DNA of 64,000 bases from a virus. Each line of letters starts with the position of its first letter. Position 1 is the stretch's first letter. Position numbers and translations under genes: made by a program. The DNA is taken from positions 6,174 to 70,173 of IMG/VR virus record IMGVR_UViG_3300042549_007519; one strand, 5' to 3'. Below, piece after piece: positions 8,531 to 18,010 of the stretch. The notes under the pieces were generated by a model that worked only from the letters and a program-made list of their open reading frames with translations, was not told where the DNA came from and did not search any database.

Positions 8531-9088
8531 TTATTTTTTTGCTATTATATACAATCCAACCAATAACACCAACGAACCTAATCCAATGTAAAGATATTGC
8601 TCTTTATAACTCGAAGGCAAAACATTTGATTCTGATATTGTTGACTTTCCAGTTAATATTTCAGCACTTTCAACTAACCTCTTATATTCAATGTCATTTC
8701 TACAATCTAAAGTTGAAAAAAGTTTTTCTAATCTTAAAATGTAGTATGGTAATAATTGTTCTCCCAAAACCCTTCCTAAATATTGTTTTTTGTTAGGTGT
8801 TTCATTTCTATATTTTTGTGGCAAGCTTTTATTTATATGCTCTATAAATGAATTTAAAAGTTTTTTTATAGATTCTGGTTGTGTAGATTCTAACATAGTA
8901 TAACCTCTCAACTTTTCAGCTTTTAAATAAGCTAAATCATCTTTTGCTTCTTTTATGTTTGCATCTATTTTTATACAATTTTTCTCAAAAGCAGAATATT
9001 TTTTTTCCAACTCTTGTTTTAAAAAAATAGTTCTTAAATCTTGGCTTGCAATACCACTATCATATAAAAATTGTAAATCAATTGCCAT
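8531..9088 (-). CDS. membrane protein, C-terminal TM, Cys pair; paralog of 11192..11560
   Basis: NC...DC and YIGLGSLVLLVGLYII. Confidence 0.65.
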   Translation of the reverse strand: MAIDLQFLYDSGIASQDLRTIFLKQELEKKYSAFEKNCIKIDANIKEAKDDLAYLKAEKLRGYTMLESTQPESIKKLLNSFIEHINKSLPQKYRNETPNKKQYLGRVLGEQLLPYYILRLEKLFSTLDCRNDIEYKRLVESAEILTGKSTISESNVLPSSYKEQYLYIGLGSLVLLVGLYIIAKK

Positions 9089-9288
9089 TACTTTTTCTTT
9101 TTAACGATTACTTTTAAAACAAGTATAGATAAAACACTTATACCCAAAATAATTCCAAAACGAATTACTTTTTGTTTTTGAATTTCAGAACTTTTGTCTT
9201 GTTTTTTAAATTCTTCTTCTTGAGTATTTAAAAAATCATCTATTCTTGAAACTGCTGTTGGGTCATATATTAAACCTTGCTTTTCCAT
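9088..9288 (-). CDS. small membrane protein, C-terminal TM
   Basis: FGIILGISVLSILVL-KVIVKKKK. Confidence 0.7.
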   Translation of the reverse strand: MEKQGLIYDPTAVSRIDDFLNTQEEEFKKQDKSSEIQKQKVIRFGIILGISVLSILVLKVIVKKKK

Positions 9289-9289
9289 T

Positions 9290-9877
9290 TTATTTTTCTT
9301 TTTTGAAAATTAAATAAGCACCAACTGCTCCCACAATTAAAATCCAATATGGAAAAGGTTTTTTCTTTTGACTTAATGCTGTTTCTTCAGTAGCTCCTGC
9401 TCCACCACCTCCACCACCAGTTAAACTACCTAAAAAAGCACCTAAATTTGGCAATATAGTAGTTGTATTGGTTGTAGTAGTAGTGCTTGTATTTGTAGGT
9501 GTTCCTAAATTTGGTTCAACAATTTGACTTGTTCCTGTTGTTGACGTTGACATACATTTAGTCATAAATTCCTTTTTAGAACTTTCCATTTCCTCATTAC
9601 TTCCAAATTTAACAACTGAAGAATATTCTTCCCATTTTTTTAAACACTCTGGGTACATACCACCTTGAATAGTAGTATCAGTTGCTTTTGGCGGTTTTGT
9701 ATCTGGGTCAATTCCTAATGGCGGAGGACTATAAACTGGTTTTGGGTCTGTAACTAAACTTGTTGATTGACCTACACTAACGCCTAAATCATCATTTACT
9801 GTTAATACATTTAAACCAGAACCACCAGTAGTTGTTTGGTTGTCTAACATATCTGCTGTCATTCCTTTTGGTATCAT
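9290..9877 (-). CDS. Thr/Gly/Pro-rich membrane protein with Cys-pair module and C-terminal TM
   Basis: ECLKKW..EFMTKC; FPYWILIVGAVGAYLIF. Confidence 0.7.
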   Translation of the reverse strand: MIPKGMTADMLDNQTTTGGSGLNVLTVNDDLGVSVGQSTSLVTDPKPVYSPPPLGIDPDTKPPKATDTTIQGGMYPECLKKWEEYSSVVKFGSNEEMESSKKEFMTKCMSTSTTGTSQIVEPNLGTPTNTSTTTTTNTTTILPNLGAFLGSLTGGGGGGAGATEETALSQKKKPFPYWILIVGAVGAYLIFKKEK

Positions 9878-9893
9878 ATATTTATATTTTAAA

Positions 9894-10433
9894 TTATTTT
9901 TCTAATGTAAATCCTGCTGGCTCTACTACTTTTCTAATCTTATCTTTCAAAGCACCATCTCCAATTTCTAATTCATTGTTTAACCATGTGATTAAATCAA
10001 CATTTGTACTGCCAATCCATGAATCTGGAAGATACCATTTTTCACTTGGAGTACCACCATTTACAGTAGAATATGAACGCTTGCCAAAAGCATTATAAAC
10101 CATTTTAAAATCCTCTGGCTTAATTTTTGAAAAAACAGTACTTATTGTGCCTTTATCAGTACCCCAAGTATAGTTAAATGCTTCAAAAAGATTTTCTGCA
10201 TAGTTTTTAGCGGTTTGATTACTTATGGTAGTTTTTTCTGTATCAATATCTTGTTCAACAAATTTGCCACCAGATATATTTTCTCCACTTATACCCCCTT
10301 TTAATCTTTTTACTACTGCAATACCAATTATAACAACGGCAATAGCTCCACCTATATAAAGTAATGGTTTTTTATTGGTTGCAATAAATTCTCCTGTTTT
10401 AGAAGTCGCTTGATTAATATTGAATTTACTCAT
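9894..10433 (-). CDS. membrane-anchored annexin-like repeat protein
   Basis: N-terminal TM; AENLFEAFNYTWGTDKGTISTVF...DLITWLNNEL resembles the annexin repeat consensus. Confidence 0.55.
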   Translation of the reverse strand: MSKFNINQATSKTGEFIATNKKPLLYIGGAIAVVIIGIAVVKRLKGGISGENISGGKFVEQDIDTEKTTISNQTAKNYAENLFEAFNYTWGTDKGTISTVFSKIKPEDFKMVYNAFGKRSYSTVNGGTPSEKWYLPDSWIGSTNVDLITWLNNELEIGDGALKDKIRKVVEPAGFTLEK

Positions 10434-10438
10434 ATCTA

Positions 10439-10711
10439 TTATTTTAAAGCTGTTCCACCTTGAGTTCTATAACTTTTGCCATTATAAACAAAAGTATTTT
10501 TGTTTTCTAAAATAGCATTTGCCCACACTCCCAAAAAAGCATCTTCAAAGGTAGAAATAACATTTCTATCTTTGTGTTTTGCGTTTTCAATTATTATGTT
10601 AATGCTATCTTCTTTTGTCAATACTTTAACTTTCTTAAATTCTTTGTAAGCTAAATAACCTCCAACTCCTAATATTGCTAATGCAATCCAAACGTATGCT
10701 TTATTTTTCAT
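10439..10711 (-). CDS. membrane protein, N-terminal TM
   Basis: AYVWIALAILGVGGYLAY; FVYNGKSY. Confidence 0.7.
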   Translation of the reverse strand: MKNKAYVWIALAILGVGGYLAYKEFKKVKVLTKEDSINIIIENAKHKDRNVISTFEDAFLGVWANAILENKNTFVYNGKSYRTQGGTALK

Positions 10712-10722
10712 TTTTTATAATT

Positions 10723-11190
10723 TTAAAGTTTAACTAAAACTCCATTTGTTGTTCCTTTGTACTCATAACCCAATTTTAATAAATCGTCTTTTAATTTATT
10801 TATTGCTGATGGATATGTGTTTATTGACGAGCATGGCTTAAAAATTTCAGGTCGACAAAAATCAATTTGTGATTGTTTAATAGCACTCATTTTTTCAAAT
10901 TTTTTTATCTTAAATACAATGTCATTTGCTTTATCTAAATCTTCTTGACCTTGAATTGTTGGTGCTTTTGTTGTTGGTGTAACTATACCACCTGTTGATA
11001 ATGGCGGTATTTCGCTATCAATTGTACTTGTACTACCACTTGTTGTTGTAGGTGTTGTTGCACTACTTGTTGTAGGTGTTGCACTACCACTTGATAACGC
11101 TTCTTTTTTATCTTTTTTAGTAAAGTAAAGATAAGCACCAACTCCTATCACTAAAATACCACCTCCTATAATTAATACTTTTTTGTTCAT
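10723..11190 (-). CDS. membrane protein, N-terminal TM, Ser/Thr-rich linker
   Basis: VLIIGGGILVIGVGAYLYF; SSGSATPTTSSATTPTTT. Confidence 0.7.
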   Translation of the reverse strand: MNKKVLIIGGGILVIGVGAYLYFTKKDKKEALSSGSATPTTSSATTPTTTSGSTSTIDSEIPPLSTGGIVTPTTKAPTIQGQEDLDKANDIVFKIKKFEKMSAIKQSQIDFCRPEIFKPCSSINTYPSAINKLKDDLLKLGYEYKGTTNGVLVKL

Positions 11191-11191
11191 T

Positions 11192-11560
11192 TTATTTTCT
11201 ATTTGTAATTAATATTATACCTGCTCCAGCTAAAACAATTCCTATACCAATGTAAACACGTTTATTTCTTTCTTTTATGCTCTCGCTTTCAATTCTGATT
11301 TTGTCTATTTCTTGATACTTATTGGCAATTTCAGAAACTTGTTCTATTTTTTTATTACCTAATACCACTTCACAATTTATTTTAGCAAAATAATCATTAA
11401 GTTCTTTTAGCCTTTGGTCTAAAACAGCCATTTCTCCAGAATCCATTTTTAAAGCATAATAAGACTTTTCATTAATTACTTTATTAATGGTTTTCTCCAA
11501 CAACAAACAATTATCTGTGTAAGGGAAAAATTTTCTTATATCTGCTATTGACCTTGCCAT
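11192..11560 (-). CDS. membrane protein, C-terminal TM, Cys pair
   Basis: DNC..INC; VYIGIGIVLAGAGIILI. Confidence 0.7.
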   Translation of the reverse strand: MARSIADIRKFFPYTDNCLLLEKTINKVINEKSYYALKMDSGEMAVLDQRLKELNDYFAKINCEVVLGNKKIEQVSEIANKYQEIDKIRIESESIKERNKRVYIGIGIVLAGAGIILITNRK

Positions 11561-11572
11561 TACTTCAATAAA

Positions 11573-12082
11573 TTAAAAACCTAAACCTAATGGATTAAAA
11601 TCAACGCTTGAAGTTCCTTTTGCTGGCAATGCTTTTGTTTTAATCACAAATATTTGATAAAAATCTTGAGTAACTTGACCATTTTTATAGTCGTTACTCC
11701 ATAAATTATAATCTATTATTCTTCTATCATTTGCATATTCTTGCATTTGTTTAACTGCTGATTCAGTTTTAGCACCAAAAGAACCATCTGTAACTAATTT
11801 AGGACTTGCATAACCATTATCATTAAGCCATTTTTGTAAAGTAAGTACATTACTACCTTTAGAACCATTTTTTAAAGGATATGAAGCAACTGGCAAAACA
11901 GAAGCTGTTGTTTTAGGCTTTGTAGTATTACTTTTTGTTTCTTCTTTTTCTTCCTCTGTAGTTCTATCTGGTGTACTAATTCCCATTGGTTTTGCTTTTG
12001 TTGCAAATTTGTAAACAAAATATGCTCCAATTCCTATTACAGCAAATGCTCCAATAAATAAATTTCTGTTATTTTTTTTCAT
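11573..12082 (-). CDS. membrane-anchored peptidoglycan-binding protein (PG_binding_1)
   Basis: N-terminal TM; LKNGSKGSNVLTLQKWL..DGSFGAKTESAVK. Confidence 0.85.
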   Translation of the reverse strand: MKKNNRNLFIGAFAVIGIGAYFVYKFATKAKPMGISTPDRTTEEEKEETKSNTTKPKTTASVLPVASYPLKNGSKGSNVLTLQKWLNDNGYASPKLVTDGSFGAKTESAVKQMQEYANDRRIIDYNLWSNDYKNGQVTQDFYQIFVIKTKALPAKGTSSVDFNPLGLGF

Positions 12083-12401
12083 TATAAATTTGTTTTAATG
12101 TTATTTCTTTTACTTTTTTAGCTTCATTTAAAGCCTTTTCTGTCATAGAACCAAATATTCCATCAATTCCATCGCCATCTGCTCCAGAAGTTCCTAAATC
12201 ATATCCTAATTCATCTTTTAAGATACGTTGCAATTCAAACACCTCTGCACCTTTAGAACCTTTAACTAAAATTAAGTTTTCATCAAGTAAACTCAACTGC
12301 TCGGCACTTGGTTTGCTTAATCTTTTGTATAATCTATTAGCAAGGTATAACGCCCCTAATACTGCTACTCCAATTAATATGTTTTTTGTTGTTTTGTTCA
12401 T
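12069..12401 (-). CDS. membrane-anchored peptidoglycan-binding protein (PG_binding_1)
   Basis: N-terminal TM; LVKGSKGAEVFELQRIL..DGIFGSMTEKAL. Confidence 0.85.
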   Translation of the reverse strand: MNKTTKNILIGVAVLGALYLANRLYKRLSKPSAEQLSLLDENLILVKGSKGAEVFELQRILKDELGYDLGTSGADGDGIDGIFGSMTEKALNEAKKVKEITLKQIYNEKK

Positions 12402-12419
12402 ATTCTTAACTATTTATTA

Positions 12420-12935
12420 TTAACATGGTGCTTTTATACACATAATTTGACCGAATGATTTTACTGGTTCATTAAAAATAGTACCATTTACCATTTTAGT
12501 TTTAAATCCTTTTATCTCATTTGTTATACTTGGATTTTTTGCTAAAAATAAAGAACTTTCATCTGTCAATTTAATGTCATTTGAATCTGTTTGTTGCGAC
12601 ATTACCAATAAGTAAATATTTATAATTGAATTTGTATCATTATCGCTTTTTGAATATTTTTTAACTAATTGTTCTAAAGAAACATACATATTGCCATAAT
12701 TCAATTTTGGTTCAAAAAACTCTTTCATATCATGATGTTGATATTTTGGATTTTTACCATCTTGATATTTTTCATTTAAGTAAGAAACTATTTTTTTTGC
12801 TCCATCTGAAATTAAATTAGTTTTTGGTGTATCTGTAATTATATTTGTATCAGATTTTTTATTCTTATTCCAAAAGTAAAGTCCTGCAATAGCACCTACT
12901 CCCAATAGTCCGTATAATATGTTTTTGTTTTTCAT
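12420..12935 (-). CDS. membrane protein, N-terminal TM, C-terminal CIKAPC
   Basis: first 27 aa identical to 12954..13283. Confidence 0.7.
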   Translation of the reverse strand: MKNKNILYGLLGVGAIAGLYFWNKNKKSDTNIITDTPKTNLISDGAKKIVSYLNEKYQDGKNPKYQHHDMKEFFEPKLNYGNMYVSLEQLVKKYSKSDNDTNSIINIYLLVMSQQTDSNDIKLTDESSLFLAKNPSITNEIKGFKTKMVNGTIFNEPVKSFGQIMCIKAPC

Positions 12936-13292
12936 AGTTATTTTTATTTTAAATTATGCTGGAGGGTACATTCCATAATCTACTTTAGGTCTTGCATTTA
13001 ACCAAATAGAAAATTCATTTTCTAATTTAAACTCTTTAATTTTTGCATTTGCCAAAGCTTTTTCTTTTTCATTATTTTTTTCCCATTCTCGAGGTGGTGC
13101 AACCCCACCTTTCCAACTATTAATTGCTTTATTAAATAAACTTATTTTTTCTTGCTCACTAATAATTGACACTTTTTGTTCTTGCGAGGTTAAATCTTTT
13201 GGTTTTTTATTCTTATTCCAAAAGTAAAGTCCTGCAATAGCACCTACTCCCAATAGTCCGTATAATATGTTTTTGTTTTTCATAGTTATTTT
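12855..13292. repeat. 90-bp identical direct repeat (12855-12944 / 13203-13292)
   Basis: covers the start region and TM anchor of two adjacent genes. Confidence 0.9.
12954..13283 (-). CDS. membrane protein, N-terminal TM
   Basis: MKNKNILYGLLGVGAIAGLYFWNKNKK. Confidence 0.7.
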   Translation of the reverse strand: MKNKNILYGLLGVGAIAGLYFWNKNKKPKDLTSQEQKVSIISEQEKISLFNKAINSWKGGVAPPREWEKNNEKEKALANAKIKEFKLENEFSIWLNARPKVDYGMYPPA

Positions 13293-13981
13293 GGTTGTTT
13301 TAAAAATTCATTATAAGCATTTAAAAATTCAGCAGTTGTAATTCTTGCTGGTTGAACTCCCCCTATTCCATTAGTAGAAAAAGATTGCTTATATAAATCT
13401 GGAGCAATAAAACTTAACATTCCTACGTTTCCACCTTTATAGTATCTTGTATTAAAACCATTCGACTTAATTGTAAATTCACTTGGTGTTTTACTTAATT
13501 CTTGAGAGTTTAAATTTAATGGCATAACATTTGGTGGCATTTGCGTTAACGTTGGATTTGGCTCAACCGCCACCTTTTGTCTTGGCTCTTGTTTCGGCAT
13601 ATTTTTTCGGTCATATTCGATACTTAATTGATAAGCCAACAACGGTGCTAAACCACCAACAACCATTCCTAATGTAGTAGATTTTTTCATGTTTTTAGCA
13701 ACGTATCTACCTACAACTGCACCTACAATTATATAAGCACCTAACCTCATCGGTCTTTCAAAACTCCAACCTCCTTGTTTACCAAAAACCTTATCAGTTA
13801 AACCACTATAACTCATTTGTGAAGCTTCTTGTAACAAAGCTTGTTGTTTAGCTAATTCTAATTGAGCTTGTTGTTGGTTAGACTTTTGTGGTTTTGGTGC
13901 AAAATCACTACCTCCTACTACGCCTGTATTACTTGTAATAAGCAAATCATTAATCCATTTTGAATCTTGAACTACTTTCAT
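13286..13981 (-). CDS. membrane protein with glycine-zipper hairpin
   Basis: LGAYIIVGAVVG and LGMVVGGLAPLLAY. Confidence 0.65.
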   Translation of the reverse strand: MKVVQDSKWINDLLITSNTGVVGGSDFAPKPQKSNQQQAQLELAKQQALLQEASQMSYSGLTDKVFGKQGGWSFERPMRLGAYIIVGAVVGRYVAKNMKKSTTLGMVVGGLAPLLAYQLSIEYDRKNMPKQEPRQKVAVEPNPTLTQMPPNVMPLNLNSQELSKTPSEFTIKSNGFNTRYYKGGNVGMLSFIAPDLYKQSFSTNGIGGVQPARITTAEFLNAYNEFLKQPK

Positions 13982-13993
13982 AATCTTATTTTT

Positions 13994-14782
13994 TTATCTT
14001 AATACCATATTTTTTTTCTCAAAGTCCATTACGAACTTCTCAATAATTTTCATTCTGTTTAAATTTTGCTGACTATCGCTTTCTTTAAACACTTCGTAAA
14101 AGGCTTGTAAGCCTTCAATTCTTGGATAACCCAAGCCTAAATAAATCAAAAGTCCATTAATGTCGGCTTCTGATTCATTGTCAATATCATCATTAACGTA
14201 AAAGTGGCTAAATTCATGGCACAATATGGCGAACCTCATCGGTACGGTATATTTGTCAAAGTATTTTTTAGCAACTTGTATTCTTCCTGTTACTCTCGAA
14301 ATACGAGCAGGTGTTGTCATTTCTTTGCCAGAATTTGAACTAACAATAACTGGTAAGTATTCAATAAGAAACTGACCATTATCAGACTGATATGTCTTAT
14401 TAGCCGATAAATTAGGAGCGTTATAAGCGAACCTTTGAGCAAAATCAACAAAATTAGCAACCACAACATTTTTAATATCGACAACATCTAATCTTTTTTC
14501 TAATGGTGTTTTATTTACTTCTAAAATACTTATATTTTTTTCTTGAGCCTTTGGCAAATTACCTACTCTTTTATCGTAAACTGAAATGATTACGTTTTCC
14601 GAAGTCATTGGCAATCTAACATAAAAAGTTTGTTGACCTCTTACAGTTGCCCATCTATCGGTAAAAATAATGTTTGGCTTATCTTCTGCGTATATTTTAA
14701 TAGTAACTTCACATGGTTGGTTTACCGCTACCTTTATAACCAAGCACATTTCATCATATCTGGTATTTAGTCTGTAATTCAT
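13994..14782 (-). CDS. zincin-like metallopeptidase (candidate virion maturation protease)
   Basis: FAILCHEFSH followed by ESEAD; embedded in the structural block. Confidence 0.7.
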   Translation of the reverse strand: MNYRLNTRYDEMCLVIKVAVNQPCEVTIKIYAEDKPNIIFTDRWATVRGQQTFYVRLPMTSENVIISVYDKRVGNLPKAQEKNISILEVNKTPLEKRLDVVDIKNVVVANFVDFAQRFAYNAPNLSANKTYQSDNGQFLIEYLPVIVSSNSGKEMTTPARISRVTGRIQVAKKYFDKYTVPMRFAILCHEFSHFYVNDDIDNESEADINGLLIYLGLGYPRIEGLQAFYEVFKESDSQQNLNRMKIIEKFVMDFEKKNMVLR

Positions 14783-15096
14783 TTACCTTGTTTTTTATAA
14801 ATTTTATAAGCTATACCACCTAAAATTAACATAACAGATGCTATAATTACTATTTTATCTAATCCAACTTTATTTGGAACAATATTAGATTTGTTGTTTT
14901 TTAAAGTTTCTTGAATTAACTTTTGATTATCAGTCAATTCTTTTTCAGAATCAAATGAGTTAAATTCCATTAGTTGTTTATTTGGCAAAAATCTACCTTT
15001 GTCTTTTTCTCTTTGCAACCACCCTTTAAAATTTAAAGTACTTCCGCTTTCTTTCCAAAGTTGATTTGCACTTTTACCTAAATCTATATTTTCCAT
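14779..15096 (-). CDS. membrane protein, C-terminal TM
   Basis: IVIIASVMLILGGIAY. Confidence 0.7.
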   Translation of the reverse strand: MENIDLGKSANQLWKESGSTLNFKGWLQREKDKGRFLPNKQLMEFNSFDSEKELTDNQKLIQETLKNNKSNIVPNKVGLDKIVIIASVMLILGGIAYKIYKKQGK

Positions 15097-15100
15097 TTTA

Positions 15101-15229
15101 TTATTTTTTTGTTTCTTGTTCCATTTCGTTAATCACATCTTGTCTTGGTTTTAAAAAGCCAAAGTATAGATAGATTAATCCACCTATACTCAAACTTGTT
15201 AACGCAATGCCTATATATGACTTTTTCAT
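15101..15229 (-). CDS. 42-aa membrane protein (below ORF-track cutoff)
   Basis: MKKSYIGIALTSLSIGGLIYLYFGFLKPRQDVINEMEQETKK fills the intergenic gap. Confidence 0.7.
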   Translation of the reverse strand: MKKSYIGIALTSLSIGGLIYLYFGFLKPRQDVINEMEQETKK

Positions 15230-15230
15230 T

Positions 15231-15551
15231 TTATGCTTTTTTAGGTCTTACCGAAGTTATGCAAGCATCTCCATCTGCACAACCACCAAATTTAGCAAAA
15301 TAAGTTGTTCCGTTTGGTCTTTCACATACTTTACAACCTAAACCATAAGCACCTCCATTTGCATTTGAGTAACCACTCATTTTTGAATAACCACTCATTG
15401 CTGAATAACTATCACTCATTGGAGTTCCTTCTGGCTTTACCGCACTTGAACAAGTTGAACAAGTTGATTTTTTCTTCATTTTATCCCAATAGTAATACAA
15501 AGCAATAGCTCCAACAGCTAATAATCCGTACATTAATTTTTTATTTTTCAT
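15231..15551 (-). CDS. Cys-rich membrane protein, N-terminal TM, YSxMSG repeats
   Basis: CSTC, CKVC..C..C; YSAMSG-YSKMSG-YSNANG. Confidence 0.7.
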   Translation of the reverse strand: MKNKKLMYGLLAVGAIALYYYWDKMKKKSTCSTCSSAVKPEGTPMSDSYSAMSGYSKMSGYSNANGGAYGLGCKVCERPNGTTYFAKFGGCADGDACITSVRPKKA

Positions 15552-15561
15552 AATACTTTTT

Positions 15562-15789
15562 TTATTTATTTTCCATTCCGCTTAATTTCCATGCTAAATA
15601 CCAAATAGCTATTCCACTACCTGCTACTAAATAAGGATTTGTTTTATTCTTTTTTTCTAATTCAGTTTCTTTGTCTTTAAAAATTTGATAGCCTACATAA
15701 ATAGGTATGGCAAATGTCAAACCTATAAATGTTAAAGATGCAACTCCTTGAGAAACTGATTTTACCGAATATTCACTTTTTTTACTCAT
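15562..15789 (-). CDS. small two-TM protein
   Basis: two hydrophobic segments. Confidence 0.7.
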   Translation of the reverse strand: MSKKSEYSVKSVSQGVASLTFIGLTFAIPIYVGYQIFKDKETELEKKNKTNPYLVAGSGIAIWYLAWKLSGMENK

Positions 15790-15801
15790 CTTTTTAAATA
15801 A

Positions 15802-15960
15802 TTATTTTTGTGCAGTTTTCCAAGCTCTACCTACAACCCAAACAGTTGCAAACAATACAGCTACACTAACACTAATACCAACAACTCTTTTTACTAAATC
15901 GTCTTTTTTTTCTCCAGCAAAACCACTATTCGTTGGACTTACATTATTCATTACTTCCAT
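15802..15960 (-). CDS. 52-aa membrane protein (below cutoff)
   Basis: MEVMNNVSPTNSGFAGEKKDDLVKRVVGISVSVAVLFATVWVVGRAWKTAQK. Confidence 0.7.
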   Translation of the reverse strand: MEVMNNVSPTNSGFAGEKKDDLVKRVVGISVSVAVLFATVWVVGRAWKTAQK

Positions 15961-15979
15961 GTCTTTTAATTTTAAATGA

Positions 15980-16090
15980 TTACTCTTGAGATTTTTTCCA
16001 ACCTTTACCTACAACATAGGCATATCCGTAAACTACCGCTAAAGATAACGCTAATCCTACAATTCCTAAAACTAAACTTGGTTTTTTCAT
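15980..16090 (-). CDS. 36-aa membrane protein, paralog of 15802..15960
   Basis: MKKPSLVLGIVGLALSLAVVYGYAYVVGKGWKKSQE. Confidence 0.7.
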   Translation of the reverse strand: MKKPSLVLGIVGLALSLAVVYGYAYVVGKGWKKSQE

Positions 16091-16107
16091 AATATTTTTT
16101 CTTTAAA

Positions 16108-16659
16108 TTAATATAAATCTACTACTACAACATCTGCTCGAACATAAACATCTTTTCTTGAGTCATAAAGAGTTCTACCACCAAAACCCGAGTAATAAAA
16201 CATTTTTTCACTAAAAGAAGGATTATAACCTTTATTGCTTATTAAAAACCAAATGTTTTTTCCATCAGTTCCTCTGACAACATTTTCAACTTTTCCAACA
16301 TAAACTCCTTTGTTTTTAAGAGTTAATGCTATGTTATCATTAAGTCCATTATTAACGTAAGCGGATTCTCTTAAATTAACACCTTTTTCAAATGTATAAA
16401 TATTTTTTCCAACTAAATATTTTTTTAATTCAGTTAAATTACCGTTTTTCATTAAAGCTTGATAATCTTTAACTTTTATAATTTTTTTTGGTCTATTTAC
16501 AATATTTTGTAATTCATTTCCGCTTGCATTATTAAAATCAAAATCCACTTCGGATTCTTTATCAAATACTTTTTCTTTTTTTTTATTTACAAAATAAAAA
16601 CCAGCACCTATTAAGCCTAATGCAACTAAAGAGCCTATTAATATTTTTTTGTTTTTCAT
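16108..16659 (-). CDS. membrane-anchored protein with SH3b-like domain
   Basis: N-terminal TM; GVNLRESA..WF..YVRADVV. Confidence 0.55.
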   Translation of the reverse strand: MKNKKILIGSLVALGLIGAGFYFVNKKKEKVFDKESEVDFDFNNASGNELQNIVNRPKKIIKVKDYQALMKNGNLTELKKYLVGKNIYTFEKGVNLRESAYVNNGLNDNIALTLKNKGVYVGKVENVVRGTDGKNIWFLISNKGYNPSFSEKMFYYSGFGGRTLYDSRKDVYVRADVVVVDLY

Positions 16660-16681
16660 TTTTTTATAATTTTAAGTTAAA

Positions 16682-17251
16682 CTATTTTTTTACTAATCTA
16701 TAAACTACATAACCTACTCCTAATAACAAAGCAATATTTATTAAATTTTTGTTGTTTTTTGGCGTTGAGTTATCATTAGAGCCAACAGATACTACATCTT
16801 TAATTTTATCAACTATTGTAGTTTCTTCAACTACATCTTTCGGTAAATTATATTCACTAAAAGCACCGAAATTGCCCATAAATCCAAATGGTCTTTTTAT
16901 TGCTAATTTATTTTCTTCTTCCGTTGTCATGGCATAATTATTACCATTATGTTTTTTTAAAGAATAAAAAATATCGTTTTGTAATGTTCCTTTTTGATTA
17001 GTTTTAATTACTTGTATTGAGTCGCCTTTTTTTATACTGAAAAGCATATCTCGAGGACATCCCATACACATATTTTGTATTAAAGATTGTCTACTAAAAT
17101 CTTTTTTAGCAATAGTATCTATAACTTCTTGTTTAGATTCCATAATCATATTTGGCTCTGCTCCTTTATAACCAGACTTTATCATATTCTTTTTTTGTTG
17201 TTGAATATTGTCATTAAGGTTAATTAAATTTGGCTCTACTATATTACTCAT
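16682..17251 (-). CDS. membrane protein, C-terminal TM
   Basis: LINIALLLGVGYVVY; CMGC. Confidence 0.65.
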   Translation of the reverse strand: MSNIVEPNLINLNDNIQQQKKNMIKSGYKGAEPNMIMESKQEVIDTIAKKDFSRQSLIQNMCMGCPRDMLFSIKKGDSIQVIKTNQKGTLQNDIFYSLKKHNGNNYAMTTEEENKLAIKRPFGFMGNFGAFSEYNLPKDVVEETTIVDKIKDVVSVGSNDNSTPKNNKNLINIALLLGVGYVVYRLVKK

Positions 17252-17257
17252 AACTAA

Positions 17258-17473
17258 TTATTTTTTATTAACAATCATAGCGGTTGCAACACCGCCAACA
17301 ATAGCTCCAGTAAGACCCGAAGCGTAAATATTATATTTCTTATAATAACCTACCATAAGACCAATAACAAGTCCTGTAACAGCACCATTAATAGATGCTT
17401 TTGAAGTGTGCATAAACAACTCTCGTTTGTCTTTGTCCACTATGTTTTTAGCTTCTTCTAAATAATTTTGCAT
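17258..17473 (-). CDS. glycine-zipper two-TM protein
   Basis: GAVTGLVIGLMVG; GLTGAIVGGVA. Confidence 0.7.
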   Translation of the reverse strand: MQNYLEEAKNIVDKDKRELFMHTSKASINGAVTGLVIGLMVGYYKKYNIYASGLTGAIVGGVATAMIVNKK

Positions 17474-17477
17474 ATTA

Positions 17478-17795
17478 CTATTTTTTTACAGCTAAATATA
17501 CAACTAATCCTAAAATAACTACTCCACCTACACCAAGACCGATGTAAAGACCAGTATTGCTTTTAGTTGGCGTTCCTGCTCCTTGTTTTAAAGCTTCTAA
17601 TTTTGCTAACTCGGTTTGTTGATTCAGTTGAGCGATTTGTATTTGTTTATCGGCTAAAGCTTGTGCATTATTAGCTTCTCCTTTAGCGTTTTGTTTTACT
17701 TGATTATTTACAATCAAACCAGTTCCTAAACCTAATAAGCTACCTATGGCATTTCCACCAGCTTCACTACTTATAAATTGACTAAATACACTCAT
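17478..17795 (-). CDS. membrane protein, C-terminal TM
   Basis: GLYIGLGVGGVVILGLVVYLAVKK, shared with 18011..18619. Confidence 0.7.
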   Translation of the reverse strand: MSVFSQFISSEAGGNAIGSLLGLGTGLIVNNQVKQNAKGEANNAQALADKQIQIAQLNQQTELAKLEALKQGAGTPTKSNTGLYIGLGVGGVVILGLVVYLAVKK

Positions 17796-17798
17796 ATT

Positions 17799-18008
17799 TT
17801 ATCTATTACGTTCTATTAAATCACTAAAGTCTTTTAAAAAACTTGGCGAATCTACCAACCCATCAATTGTTGCACTTACTAATTGTTCAGAAGTATAGTT
17901 TTGAGCATCAATTGTTACTCCATTTTTATTAAGCAACATTGCCACTTCTTGTGGGAAAAAAGCAACTGTTACACCTACTATTTTAGTTGTTGAATTTAAA
18001 GCATCCAT
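17799..18008 (-). CDS. small protein similar to the N-domain of 18011..18619
   Basis: LLNKNGV..SPSFLKD versus LLRRNGV..SESFKKE. Confidence 0.65.
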   Translation of the reverse strand: MDALNSTTKIVGVTVAFFPQEVAMLLNKNGVTIDAQNYTSEQLVSATIDGLVDSPSFLKDFSDLIERNR

Positions 18009-18010
18009 AA

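Noticed and set aside
6500-13292. Diversity-generating retroelement TR/VR pairs
   Set aside because: The repeats cover N-terminal anchors, mismatches are not adenine-specific, and there is no reverse transcriptase.
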